A stretch of DNA of 64,000 bases, from NCBI GenBank assembly GCA_964654285.1, contig CAZZJC010000025.1, positions 1,046 to 65,045 on the forward strand. The letters run 5' to 3'. Numbering within the stretch: the first letter of the stretch is position 1; each line of letters starts with the position of its first letter. Shown piece after piece: positions 24,339-32,883 of the stretch. Below the pieces are notes generated by a model, which saw only the letters and a program-made list of their open reading frames with translations, was not told the origin of the DNA and did no database searches. Made by a program: the position numbers and the translations under genes. The stretch comes from an uncultured Candidatus Kuenenia sp. Lineage in GTDB: Bacteria; Planctomycetota; UBA11346.

Positions 24339-26209
24339 CCGGCGGTTCAAGCGCGGCCGCGATGGAGGGCGACCACGCCGCCATCCTCGAACGGCTGCTC
24401 GCGGACGGCATCCTCAAGCAATGCCGCTACAGCGCCCTGGCGCGGCTGCTGCCGCACCTGCGCCTGCGCACCTGCGTCGTGGGCGAGCACCTCTTCGCGG
24501 TCGAGGCCCCGGCCGACCACCTGTTCCTGGTGGTCTCCGGCCGGGTCGAACTGGTCACCCCGCTCGGCCGGCGCCATGTGGTCAAGGCCGGCGGCCGGGT
24601 GGGCGACGAGGCCGGCACCGAGGTCCGCCACTACCTGGCCACCGCCGAGGCGACCGAACCGCTGACGGTCGTCAGCATTCCTCGGGAAAAACTGCGCGAG
24701 GCGCTGATCCCGACGCCGGAGGTGCAGGCGGAATTCTCGCTGGCGATCATGCGGACCTTCAGCGGCGAGGCGGTCGCGGTCAAATCGACCAGCGCGATCC
24801 GTCGCGCCGCCGCGCGGGTGCCGGCGTCGATCGCCTTCGGCTGGCTGCTCACCGCGCTGGCGCCCCCGGCGATCTGGTATGCAGCATCCAGCGCCGGGCT
24901 GCAGCATGATGCCGCCCTTTTCTGCGGCATCTTCAGCGCCGCCGTGCTGATGTGGATCTTCAAGCTGGCCGACGAGTACGTGCCCGGGCTGTTCGTCCTG
25001 CTGGCCGCCATCTGCGTCGGCATGGCGCCGGCCAAGGTGGTGTTCTCGGGCTTCGCCTCCGACGGCTTCTTCATGGCCATGAGCATCCTCGGGCTGGGCA
25101 CGGTGATCATCGCCTCCGGCCTGAGCTACCGCGCCAGCCTGCTGCTCCTGCGCTGGCTGCCCCGCAACCAGATCGGCCTGCATACCGGGCTGATCGGCAT
25201 GGGCACCCTGCTGACCCCGATCCTGCCCACCGCGAACGGGCGGGTCGCGCTGATGGCCCCGATCCTCAATGATCTGGTCGAGGTCCTGCGCCTGAAGCCG
25301 GGCGGCAAGGTCGCGAACCACCTGGCGGTCGCGACCTTCACCGGGGCGACGTTGTTCTCGGGCATGTTCCTCACCAGCAAATCGGTGAATTTCGTGGTCT
25401 TCGGCATGATGTCGACCCAGATGCAGGAGCAGTACCAATGGGTCGGCTGGCTGGTCGCGTCAGCCGCGGTCGGCCTGGCGATGCTGCTGGCCTATGTCCT
25501 GCTGGTCGTGCTGTTCTTCCGCAACCGCGAACCGGTGGCGGTCTCGTGCCAGATGGTGGCGGCGCAGCTGCGGCTGCTCGGGCCGCTGAAGCAGCGCGAA
25601 TGGGCGGCGATCGCCGGCATCGTGCTGTTCGTCCTCGGCATCATCTCCTTCTCGGCGCATGCGATCCCGCCGCCGTGGATCGGTCTGACCATCCTCTATG
25701 GCCTGCTGCTGTGCGGCAGCCTGACGAAGAAGGAGTTCCGGCAGCAGGTCGACTGGCCATTCCTGGTCTACCTGGCGACCATCGTCGGCATCGTCGGGCT
25801 GATCAATGCGGTCGGGCTGGATGCCCTCATCGCCAGGCACCTGGCGGCGGTCGGCACCTCGATGCGGACCGACTTCGCCGGCTTCATCCTGGTCCTCGCC
25901 GCGCTCACCTTCGTGCTGCGCCTGGCCATGCCGATCAACGCCACGATCGTGATCCTGGCGGCGGTCTTCCTGCCCCTGGCCGACCATGCCGGCATCAACC
26001 AGTGGGTGGTTGGCTTCATCATCCTGGTCCTGGGCGAGATGTGGATGTTCCCGTACCAGTGCTCGTACTACCTCCAGTTCCAGGAATTGACGGTGAAGGA
26101 CGCCTACACCGAAGCGACCTTCCTGCGCTTCAACCTGCTCATCAACGTGGTCAAGATCGCGGCCATCTACGCCTCGATCCCGTTCTGGAAGCTGTTGGGG
26201 CTGCTGTGA
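24335..26209 (+). CDS. Cyclic-nucleotide-binding domain fused to SLC13/DASS-type anion permease
   Basis: 624 aa. GTG start overlaps the upstream stop (GTGA); an alternative ATG lies at 24362. N-terminal cNMP-binding-like beta-roll (GEHLFAVEAPADHLFLVVSGRVELV). Then a polytopic permease (LLTPILPTANGRVALMAPIL). Confidence 0.78.
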   Translation: MTGGSSAAAMEGDHAAILERLLADGILKQCRYSALARLLPHLRLRTCVVGEHLFAVEAPADHLFLVVSGRVELVTPLGRRHVVKAGGRVGDEAGTEVRHYLATAEATEPLTVVSIPREKLREALIPTPEVQAEFSLAIMRTFSGEAVAVKSTSAIRRAAARVPASIAFGWLLTALAPPAIWYAASSAGLQHDAALFCGIFSAAVLMWIFKLADEYVPGLFVLLAAICVGMAPAKVVFSGFASDGFFMAMSILGLGTVIIASGLSYRASLLLLRWLPRNQIGLHTGLIGMGTLLTPILPTANGRVALMAPILNDLVEVLRLKPGGKVANHLAVATFTGATLFSGMFLTSKSVNFVVFGMMSTQMQEQYQWVGWLVASAAVGLAMLLAYVLLVVLFFRNREPVAVSCQMVAAQLRLLGPLKQREWAAIAGIVLFVLGIISFSAHAIPPPWIGLTILYGLLLCGSLTKKEFRQQVDWPFLVYLATIVGIVGLINAVGLDALIARHLAAVGTSMRTDFAGFILVLAALTFVLRLAMPINATIVILAAVFLPLADHAGINQWVVGFIILVLGEMWMFPYQCSYYLQFQELTVKDAYTEATFLRFNLLINVVKIAAIYASIPFWKLLGLL

Positions 26210-27240
26210 TGAGACTCCTGCGCAACCTCGCGATCATCCTCTTCGCCCTCGAAGTCGCGACGATGGTGGTCTGGACCAACCTCACCAAGCCCCGGCTGCT
26301 CATCCTGCACAGCTATTCCACCGATTATAACTGGGTGCAGGGGGTCAATCAGGGCATCCGCCGCGGTCTGGGCCAGGCCGGCGACTGGAACGTGCGCTGG
26401 CATTATCTCGACACCAAGCGCCATCCCTGGCCCGAGCACAAGGCCAACGCCGGGATCGCCGCCTGCCGGCTGATCGATCTCTGGCGACCCGATGCGGTCT
26501 TGGCGATCGATGATGACGCCCAGGCGTTCGTCGCCAGAAGGTACACCGATCGGCCCGGGATCAGCATGGTCTTCGCCGGGGTGAACAACGAACGGGCGGA
26601 TTATGGCTACGACCGCGCCGCCAACGTCACCGGCATCCTTGAGCGCCTGCCGTTGGCGGCGCTCAAGGACGCGCTGCTCATCCTGGCGGCGAACCGGCCC
26701 CGCACCGGGCCCGTGCGGGTGGCGTTCCTGGGTGATCGCTCCGAGACCGTGGCGGGGGATGCCCGCTGGGTCCAGGCGCACGACTGGGCGCCGTTGGCCC
26801 TGGTCGACACCGTCCTGGTCGACGATCTCGATGCCTGGAACCAGGCCGTCGACCGCCTGTCCGCCACGGCGGACTTCATCGTGACCTCGAACTACCGTCG
26901 CATCGCGCAGAAGACCGGCAGCAAGGAACTGGTGCCCGCAGCGGATCTGATCGCGCAGACCTGCCAACGCTCGCGCATCCCGCTCATCGGCACCAACGCG
27001 TTCTTCGTCGACGATGGCGGCATGCTCGCCATCGCCACCTCGCCGCTGGAACAAGGCGAGGTGGCCCTCGGCATGGCCCGGCAGATCCTGGATCAGCATC
27101 ACCTGGCCAAGGACATCCCGGTGCAGCACACCAGGGATTTCGTCGTGGCGCTCAGCCTCTCCCGGCTGAAGGCTTCCGGTCTGGTCCTGCCCCGCATCTA
27201 TGAGGCCACGGCGCGGGCGAGCGGGCATTTCCGCGAGTGA
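26209..27240 (+). CDS. Membrane-anchored ABC-type substrate-binding-like protein (ABC_sub_bind family), orphan
   Basis: 343 aa. The ATG overlaps the upstream TGA by 1 nt. LLILHSYSTDYNWVQGVNQGI...ANVTGILERLP pattern. No cognate permease or ATPase adjacent. Confidence 0.7.
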   Translation: MRLLRNLAIILFALEVATMVVWTNLTKPRLLILHSYSTDYNWVQGVNQGIRRGLGQAGDWNVRWHYLDTKRHPWPEHKANAGIAACRLIDLWRPDAVLAIDDDAQAFVARRYTDRPGISMVFAGVNNERADYGYDRAANVTGILERLPLAALKDALLILAANRPRTGPVRVAFLGDRSETVAGDARWVQAHDWAPLALVDTVLVDDLDAWNQAVDRLSATADFIVTSNYRRIAQKTGSKELVPAADLIAQTCQRSRIPLIGTNAFFVDDGGMLAIATSPLEQGEVALGMARQILDQHHLAKDIPVQHTRDFVVALSLSRLKASGLVLPRIYEATARASGHFRE

Positions 27241-27430
27241 TCGGGGCGCCCACCCAAGAACCCGCCGCAATCGGTAACAGCACCGTCGATGGCCACAGGG
27301 AACGCAAAGGCCACCAATCGCCATCCCATGTGATCCATGTGCTCACTGTGGCCATCCCCCCCTGCGCTTCCCTGCGCGAGTGATTAGGCAGGGTCTTGCG
27401 GACCGGCCGTCGATCCCATGCTGCGCACCC

Positions 27431-27601
27431 GTCCAGGTTCCCCCGCTCAGCGGGGGCGAAGAGGGAAGCCGGTGGGGGCGATAGCCCGAATCCGGCGCGG
27501 ACCCGCCACTGTAACCGGGGACCGTCGGCGAGGCCACTGCACGGTAACGTGTGGGAAGGCGCCGGACGGGATGAACCGGAAGTCAGGAGACCTGCCTGGA
27601 C
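27431..27601 (+). promoter_or_regulatory. Cobalamin (B12) riboswitch
   Basis: P1 helix GTCCAGG (27431-27437) / CCTGGAC (27595-27601). Conserved cores AGGGAAGCCGGTG, AATCCGGCGCGGACCCGCCACTGTAA and GCCACTG...GGGAAGGC. B12 box GAAGTCAGGAGACCTGCC. Lies upstream of the TonB-dependent receptor. Confidence 0.88.
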
Positions 27602-27768
27602 CTGTCGACGCGGCCCTCGGGGATGGGCACGGTCGGACGCAGGCATCCGCCTGCCCCGCCGTGTTTGTTCGCGATGGCCGGTCGGCTGGATGACCGCGAG
27701 CGTGGTGCTCGCGGCATCACCACCCGAGCGCCTCGCCAGGGAACGGACCCTGGCCGGCAGGAGCCATC

Positions 27769-29757
27769 ATGGCCTCCGTCATCCGCAGCATCCCCCGCAT
27801 CTCCACCCACCACCTCGTCCCGACGCTGGCCCTCATCGCCGCCGCCGGGTCCGGTGTCTGCCCGCACCTGAGCGCGGGCGAAGCCGAGCCGGCCCGCGTC
27901 GCCACGCCCGCTGCAGCCGCGTCGTCGTCGATCATCGTCACCGCCGACCGCGCCCCGAGCGATCTCGGCCGCACCACCGCCACGGTGGATGTCGTCACCC
28001 GCGACGATCTGCGCCAGGACGGCACGCCGGCCCAGGCCATCCAGGCGATCAGCACGCTGCCCGGCATCGATGTCTTCCGCACCGGGGGCGGCATGGCGGG
28101 AGCGACCACCTTCCGCCTGCGCGGCGCCGACAATCACGACACCGCCATCCTGCTCGACGGCATCCCGCTCCACGATCCGACCGCCACCCAGTCGCAGCCG
28201 AATCCGGTGCTCCTCACCGGGGCCGGCCTCGATCGCATCGAGGTGGTCAAGGGCGCGCAGAGCGGCCTGTATGGCTCGTCCGCCGTCGCCGGTGTGGTCA
28301 ACCTCGTCGGCGCCCGTCCGACCGCGACGAACCAGGGCCGCGCCCTGGTCGAATACGGATCCTTCAACTCGTCGCGCGGGCTGGTCGAGGCCACCGGTCC
28401 GCTCAGCAGGACGGTGGGCTACGCCCTCACCGTGGAGGGGCTGAACAGCCAGGGCTATTCGGCCAAGACCGACCAGGGATCGAAGGGCGATCCACGCGGC
28501 CACGAGGACGACGCCTGGCGGCGCGGCAGCCTCGACGGCCGGATCGAGTGGTCGCCCAGCGCCGACCTCAAGGTGTACGCGGCCCTGCGCACCGTGGCCT
28601 CGCGCAGCGAGTACGACGATTATTCGGCGAATTTCGACGACGCTCCGCTCTACCAGGTCGACCACCTGAACCGGGTGTCGGCCGGGGCCGAGGGCCAGGC
28701 CGGCCAGCGCCGCTCCGGCGCGACGCAGCGCGATCTCTGGTACGCGGTCGATGCCGCGCTCACCACCACCGGGCATGACTACGCCGGCTCGGCCTACGAC
28801 AGCCGCTACGAGGGCGATGAGCAGTACGTCTCGGCCCGCACGCGCTGGTTCGGCTTCGGCGATGTCGTGGTCGGCGGCGGCATCGACTGGCGGCGTTCGG
28901 CCATGCGCTACACCGCCGGCGACGACTTCGGCAACTTCCATGCCCAGGACTCGAACACCGGCGTCTACGCCCAGCTGTCCTGGAGCGACGCGCTCAATGA
29001 GCTGACCGGCACCGTGCGCGAGGATTTCCACAGCCGCGACGGCGACGCCACCACCTGGCGCCTGGGCGCGGCGCGCTGGGCCTGGGACAAGCGGATGAAG
29101 CTGCACGCTTCGGCGGCGACCGGCTTCCGCGCGCCCAGCGTCTATGAACTGCATGCGCCGGACTTCTTCGGCAGCCCGGTCGGCAATCCATCGCTGACGC
29201 CGCAGCGCAACGTGTCCTACGATGCCGGGCACGAGACCGAGCTCGCGCCCGGGCTCAGCCTGAGCAACGTGTACTTCCGCACCGAATGGAGCTCGGCCAT
29301 CGCCTACGACTGGACCAAGGGCTATTACAACGCGCCTGGCGGCCGCTGGGTGCAGGGGGTCGAGAACGCCCTCGCCTTCCAGCCGGCCGGGGATCCCCTG
29401 CGGCTGCGCCTGTTCTGGACCATGCAGGAGAGCAACGACGGCACCGGCCACGAGGTCATGCACACCCCGCGTCAGAGCGGCGGCGCGGTGGCGGGCTGGC
29501 GCTGGGCCAAGACCTCGCTTGATGTCACCGTGCGCCACGTCGGGTCGCGCTTCGCGAGCGACGGGAACCAGAACCGGCTCGACAGCTACACCACCGTCGC
29601 CGCCCGCGTCGCCTGGCAGGTCAAAACCTGGCTCGAACTCTCGCTGCGCGGCGAGAACCTGACCGACGCGCGCTATGTGCCGCAGCGCGATTCCAACGCC
29701 AACGAATACACCCACATGCCTCCGGCGGTGTTCGCCGCCGCCGCGGCGACCTGGTGA
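27769..29757 (+). CDS. btuB: TonB-dependent outer-membrane receptor, cobalamin-type
   Basis: 662 aa. Signal peptide. Plug motifs (IIVTADR, DVVTRDDL, LPGIDV, FRLRGADNHDTAILLDGIPL, IEVVKGAQSGLYGSSAVAGVVNLV). C-terminal aromatic residue (W). Riboswitch-controlled. Confidence 0.85.
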   Translation: MASVIRSIPRISTHHLVPTLALIAAAGSGVCPHLSAGEAEPARVATPAAAASSSIIVTADRAPSDLGRTTATVDVVTRDDLRQDGTPAQAIQAISTLPGIDVFRTGGGMAGATTFRLRGADNHDTAILLDGIPLHDPTATQSQPNPVLLTGAGLDRIEVVKGAQSGLYGSSAVAGVVNLVGARPTATNQGRALVEYGSFNSSRGLVEATGPLSRTVGYALTVEGLNSQGYSAKTDQGSKGDPRGHEDDAWRRGSLDGRIEWSPSADLKVYAALRTVASRSEYDDYSANFDDAPLYQVDHLNRVSAGAEGQAGQRRSGATQRDLWYAVDAALTTTGHDYAGSAYDSRYEGDEQYVSARTRWFGFGDVVVGGGIDWRRSAMRYTAGDDFGNFHAQDSNTGVYAQLSWSDALNELTGTVREDFHSRDGDATTWRLGAARWAWDKRMKLHASAATGFRAPSVYELHAPDFFGSPVGNPSLTPQRNVSYDAGHETELAPGLSLSNVYFRTEWSSAIAYDWTKGYYNAPGGRWVQGVENALAFQPAGDPLRLRLFWTMQESNDGTGHEVMHTPRQSGGAVAGWRWAKTSLDVTVRHVGSRFASDGNQNRLDSYTTVAARVAWQVKTWLELSLRGENLTDARYVPQRDSNANEYTHMPPAVFAAAAATW

Positions 29758-29765
29758 GGTGACGC

Positions 29766-30791
29766 GTGCGACCCGCCGTCCTCATTCTCGGGCTCATCGT
29801 CCTGCTCGCGCTGGGCATCGCGGCGGGTCTGGTGGTGGGGGCGGCGGGACTCAGCGACGCATCGACCCGCGCGATGCTGCTCGAACTGCGCGCCCTGCGC
29901 ATCGCCTCGGCGGCGTTCGCCGGCGCCGCCCTGGCGGTGGCCGGGGTGCTCGCGCAGGGCCTGTTCCGCAATCCGCTCGCGAGCCCCGATGTGCTCGGCA
30001 CAACGGCCGGAGCGGCCCTGGGCGGGCAGCTCGTCATCCTCTTCCTTACCAGCATCGGCAGCGCCGTGGCCCTGCCGGTGTGGCTCGCCCCGGAGATGGC
30101 CCTGCCGGTCGGCTGCCTGATCGGCGGCCTGGCCACCCTCGCGGCGCTGATGGCGCTGGCGCGATCGACCACGCGCCTCGGCGAGGGAATGGTCGCGGTG
30201 CTGCTCGCCGGATTCGTGATCAATGCCGCGATCCTGAGCATTTCCGCCCTGGTCACCACCCTGACCCGGGGCGATTGGGCGCTCGGCCGGGCGCTGATGG
30301 AATTCAGCCTGGGCGGACTCGGCGGCAAGGGCCGCACGCACCTGGTGCTGGCCGCGCCGCTGGTCGTGCTCGGGATCATCGCCGCCCTGGCCTGGAGCCG
30401 CGTGCTCGATCTGCTCCTCAGTGGCGAGGACGAGGCCGGCGCCCTGGGCGTCGACGTGCGTCGCGCCCGCCGCTGGATCCTGGTCTGGACGGCGCTGTTG
30501 ACCGCTGCGGCGGTATCGCTCGGCGGGGGCGTCGCCTTCGTCGGATTGGTGGTGCCGCATGCCCTGCGCGGCCTGGTCGGCCCCGGCCACCGCCGCCTGG
30601 TGCCGCTCGCGGCGATCGGCGGAGCCGCCTTCCTGGTCTGGTGCGATGTCGGGGCGCGTGGTCTGCCGCTGGTCGCCGGCAGCAGCATGCGGGACCAGGC
30701 CGAGGTCCCCCTGGGCGTGATCACCGGCCTGATCGGGGCCCCGCTGTTCCTGCTGCTGCTCATCCGCACGCGTCGCGAGGGGCTGGTATGA
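29766..30791 (+). CDS. FecCD-family ABC permease (BtuC/HmuU-like)
   Basis: 341 aa, GTG start. LRIASAAFAGAALAVAGVLAQGLFRNPLASPDVLG is the FecCD signature. Confidence 0.9.
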   Translation: MRPAVLILGLIVLLALGIAAGLVVGAAGLSDASTRAMLLELRALRIASAAFAGAALAVAGVLAQGLFRNPLASPDVLGTTAGAALGGQLVILFLTSIGSAVALPVWLAPEMALPVGCLIGGLATLAALMALARSTTRLGEGMVAVLLAGFVINAAILSISALVTTLTRGDWALGRALMEFSLGGLGGKGRTHLVLAAPLVVLGIIAALAWSRVLDLLLSGEDEAGALGVDVRRARRWILVWTALLTAAAVSLGGGVAFVGLVVPHALRGLVGPGHRRLVPLAAIGGAAFLVWCDVGARGLPLVAGSSMRDQAEVPLGVITGLIGAPLFLLLLIRTRREGLV

Positions 30792-30795
30792 ACTT

Positions 30796-30897
30796 AAAAA
30801 TCGCAATTGCACCCCATCTGCGGCGTTGGTCGTCGGTCATGTGGCGCTGCCACACTCCCTCCTCCCGCCTTGCATATGGGGCGCACTTGCGATTTTT
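30796..30897 (+). repeat. 102-nt palindromic A5...T5 element, copy B
   Basis: 98/102 identical to the reverse complement of 12631-12732. Sits in a 198-nt gap between the permease and ATPase genes, followed by about 90 nt of lower-GC sequence. Confidence 0.85.
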
Positions 30898-30989
30898 GCC
30901 GGCAATTTTCAGGTACCGATCGGAAATTTATCAGTCCGTTTACCAGAGCCTGCTTGTTAAAAACATGAGGCTCATGTGCGAGATCTAGT

Positions 30990-31778
30990 ATGAACGCGCC
31001 CTGCGCAGCGCTGCGCGCCGACCAATTGACGGTCGACCACCTCGACGTGCGTCGCGGGCCGTGCCTGGTGGTCCGTGATGCCGGCTTCACCGCCCTCGCC
31101 GGCCAGGTGACGGCGTTGATCGGCCCCAACGGCGCCGGCAAGTCGACCGTGCTCAAGGCGGTGCTCGGCCTGCTGCCATCGACCGGGAGGATCGAACTCG
31201 ACGGGGCCGACCTGCGCCGCCTGCCGGCCGATCGCCGCGCCCGCCTGATCGGCTACATCCCCCAGCGCAGCCAGCTCTCGGCCGCACTGCGGGTCGCGGA
31301 GGTCGTGGCGATGGGTCGCTTCGCCCATGTCGGCCCGTTGGGCCGGCTTTCGTCCGCCGATGCCTGCGCCGTCGACCAGGCGTTGGCCGACGCCGACGCC
31401 ATGCACCTGGCGAAACGCGCCTTCTGCGACCTGTCGGCGGGTGAACAGCAGCGCGTGCTGGTCGCACGGGCCCTGGCCGGCGGATCCGGCGCCGTGCTGA
31501 TGGATGAGCCCACGGCGGCGCTCGATGTCGGCCATGTGCTGGCCTTCGAGGAGCTTCTGCGCCGACTCGCGGATTCGGGCCGGGTCGTCGTGGTCGTCCT
31601 GCATCAGCTTGACGAGGTGCGCCGGGTCGCCGATCGCGCCGTGCTGTTCGCCCGCGGCCGGGTCGAGGCGGCGGGGTCGACCGCGGAAGTGCTCGATGCC
31701 GGCCACCTGCGCCGCGTCTTCGGGGTCGAACCGGTGCCTGGTGCCGGACTGGGTTTCCGTCGGGCGGCAGCACCATGA
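30990..31778 (+). CDS. ABC transporter ATP-binding protein (BtuD/FecE-like)
   Basis: 262 aa. Walker A GPNGAGKST, signature LSAGEQQRV, Walker B VLMDEPT. Confidence 0.9.
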   Translation: MNAPCAALRADQLTVDHLDVRRGPCLVVRDAGFTALAGQVTALIGPNGAGKSTVLKAVLGLLPSTGRIELDGADLRRLPADRRARLIGYIPQRSQLSAALRVAEVVAMGRFAHVGPLGRLSSADACAVDQALADADAMHLAKRAFCDLSAGEQQRVLVARALAGGSGAVLMDEPTAALDVGHVLAFEELLRRLADSGRVVVVVLHQLDEVRRVADRAVLFARGRVEAAGSTAEVLDAGHLRRVFGVEPVPGAGLGFRRAAAP

Positions 31779-32749
31779 ACCGGACCGATCTGATCAACAC
31801 CGCCGCGATCCTCCTCGCCCTGGCCGGATCCGTGGCCGGCGTCGCCTGGCTGCGGCAGCCTCCGCCGATGGTCTCCGTCGCGGCGCCGACGACCGCCGCC
31901 TCCCTGCGCTGGACGATCCTGCCGGATGGTGGCCGCGCCCTGCCCGATGCGCGCGGCGTGCTGGTGCCGGCGCGGGATTACCGCCGCATCGCCAGCCTGT
32001 CGCTGGCCAGCGATCTGCTGCTGGTCGAACTGCTCCCGCATGGTCGGCATGTCGCCGCCAGCGCGTTCTCCTTCGGTCGTGCCAACTGGCGGCTTGAAGG
32101 GCTGCCGCGCCTCGATGGCCTGAAGGATGTCGAGCGGCTGATCGCGCTCAAACCGGATCTGGTCGTGGCCACGGTATTCGCAGGCGAAGAGGCGCAGGCG
32201 GCGCGCCTGCGCGAGGCCGGCATCATGGTCTGGGATCTCGGTCCGATGCGCGGGCGTGCCACCCTGGAACGCACCGCGATCGAGGTCTCGGCCCTGCTCA
32301 ACAATGAGGATCTCGGCCGGCGCTGGGCCGCGTCCTTCGCTCGGCGCCTGGATGCGGTCGCCAGCGCCCTGCCGGCGACCGCGAAGCGCAAGCGGGCGGT
32401 GTGGCTGATGCCGATCATGGACAAGCTCTACGGCGGCACCAAGGGCACGAGCTACCACGATGTGCTGACCAGCGCCGGGCTGATCGATGCGGCGGCGGAA
32501 CGCTACCGCGACTGGCCCGACTACGCTCCCGAACACCTCATCGCCATGGATCCCGATGTGCTGATCGTCGCCTCCGACAAGGCCGCGGTCCTGCGCCGGA
32601 TGCCGGGCCTGGCCGGTCTGCGCGCCGTGCGCGATCCCGACGGGATCATCGAGATCCCGTCCGACCTCGCCGACGTGCCCGGACCGCCGATGCTCGAAGC
32701 CGCCGAGGAGCTCTTCGCCCGCGCCTACGGCCGCCCTTCGTCTCGGTGA
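31775..32749 (+). CDS. Periplasmic binding protein (BtuF/FhuD class)
   Basis: 324 aa. ATGA overlap with the ATPase stop. LKPDLVVATVFAGEEAQAARLREAGIMVWDLG is typical of Peripla_BP_2 proteins. Confidence 0.8.
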   Translation: MNRTDLINTAAILLALAGSVAGVAWLRQPPPMVSVAAPTTAASLRWTILPDGGRALPDARGVLVPARDYRRIASLSLASDLLLVELLPHGRHVAASAFSFGRANWRLEGLPRLDGLKDVERLIALKPDLVVATVFAGEEAQAARLREAGIMVWDLGPMRGRATLERTAIEVSALLNNEDLGRRWAASFARRLDAVASALPATAKRKRAVWLMPIMDKLYGGTKGTSYHDVLTSAGLIDAAAERYRDWPDYAPEHLIAMDPDVLIVASDKAAVLRRMPGLAGLRAVRDPDGIIEIPSDLADVPGPPMLEAAEELFARAYGRPSSR

Positions 32750-32883
32750 GTGCGCCATCCGCACCCGCCGGTACGGCGCGATCCGCCGGGATCCGCCGGC
32801 AACCAGCGGCTTGCCGCTGGCGGATCCCCGCTAGCCTCTACCAGGCCCGGACGCGCATGCTCCGGGTTTTTCGTGTACCTTGA

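Noticed and set aside
32813-32830. GC hairpin CCAGCGGC-TT-GCCGCTGG, nested in a larger GGATCCGCC...GGCGGATCC inverted repeat, after the binding-protein gene as an intrinsic terminator
   Set aside because: No U-tract follows, so I cannot support a rho-independent terminator call from sequence alone.
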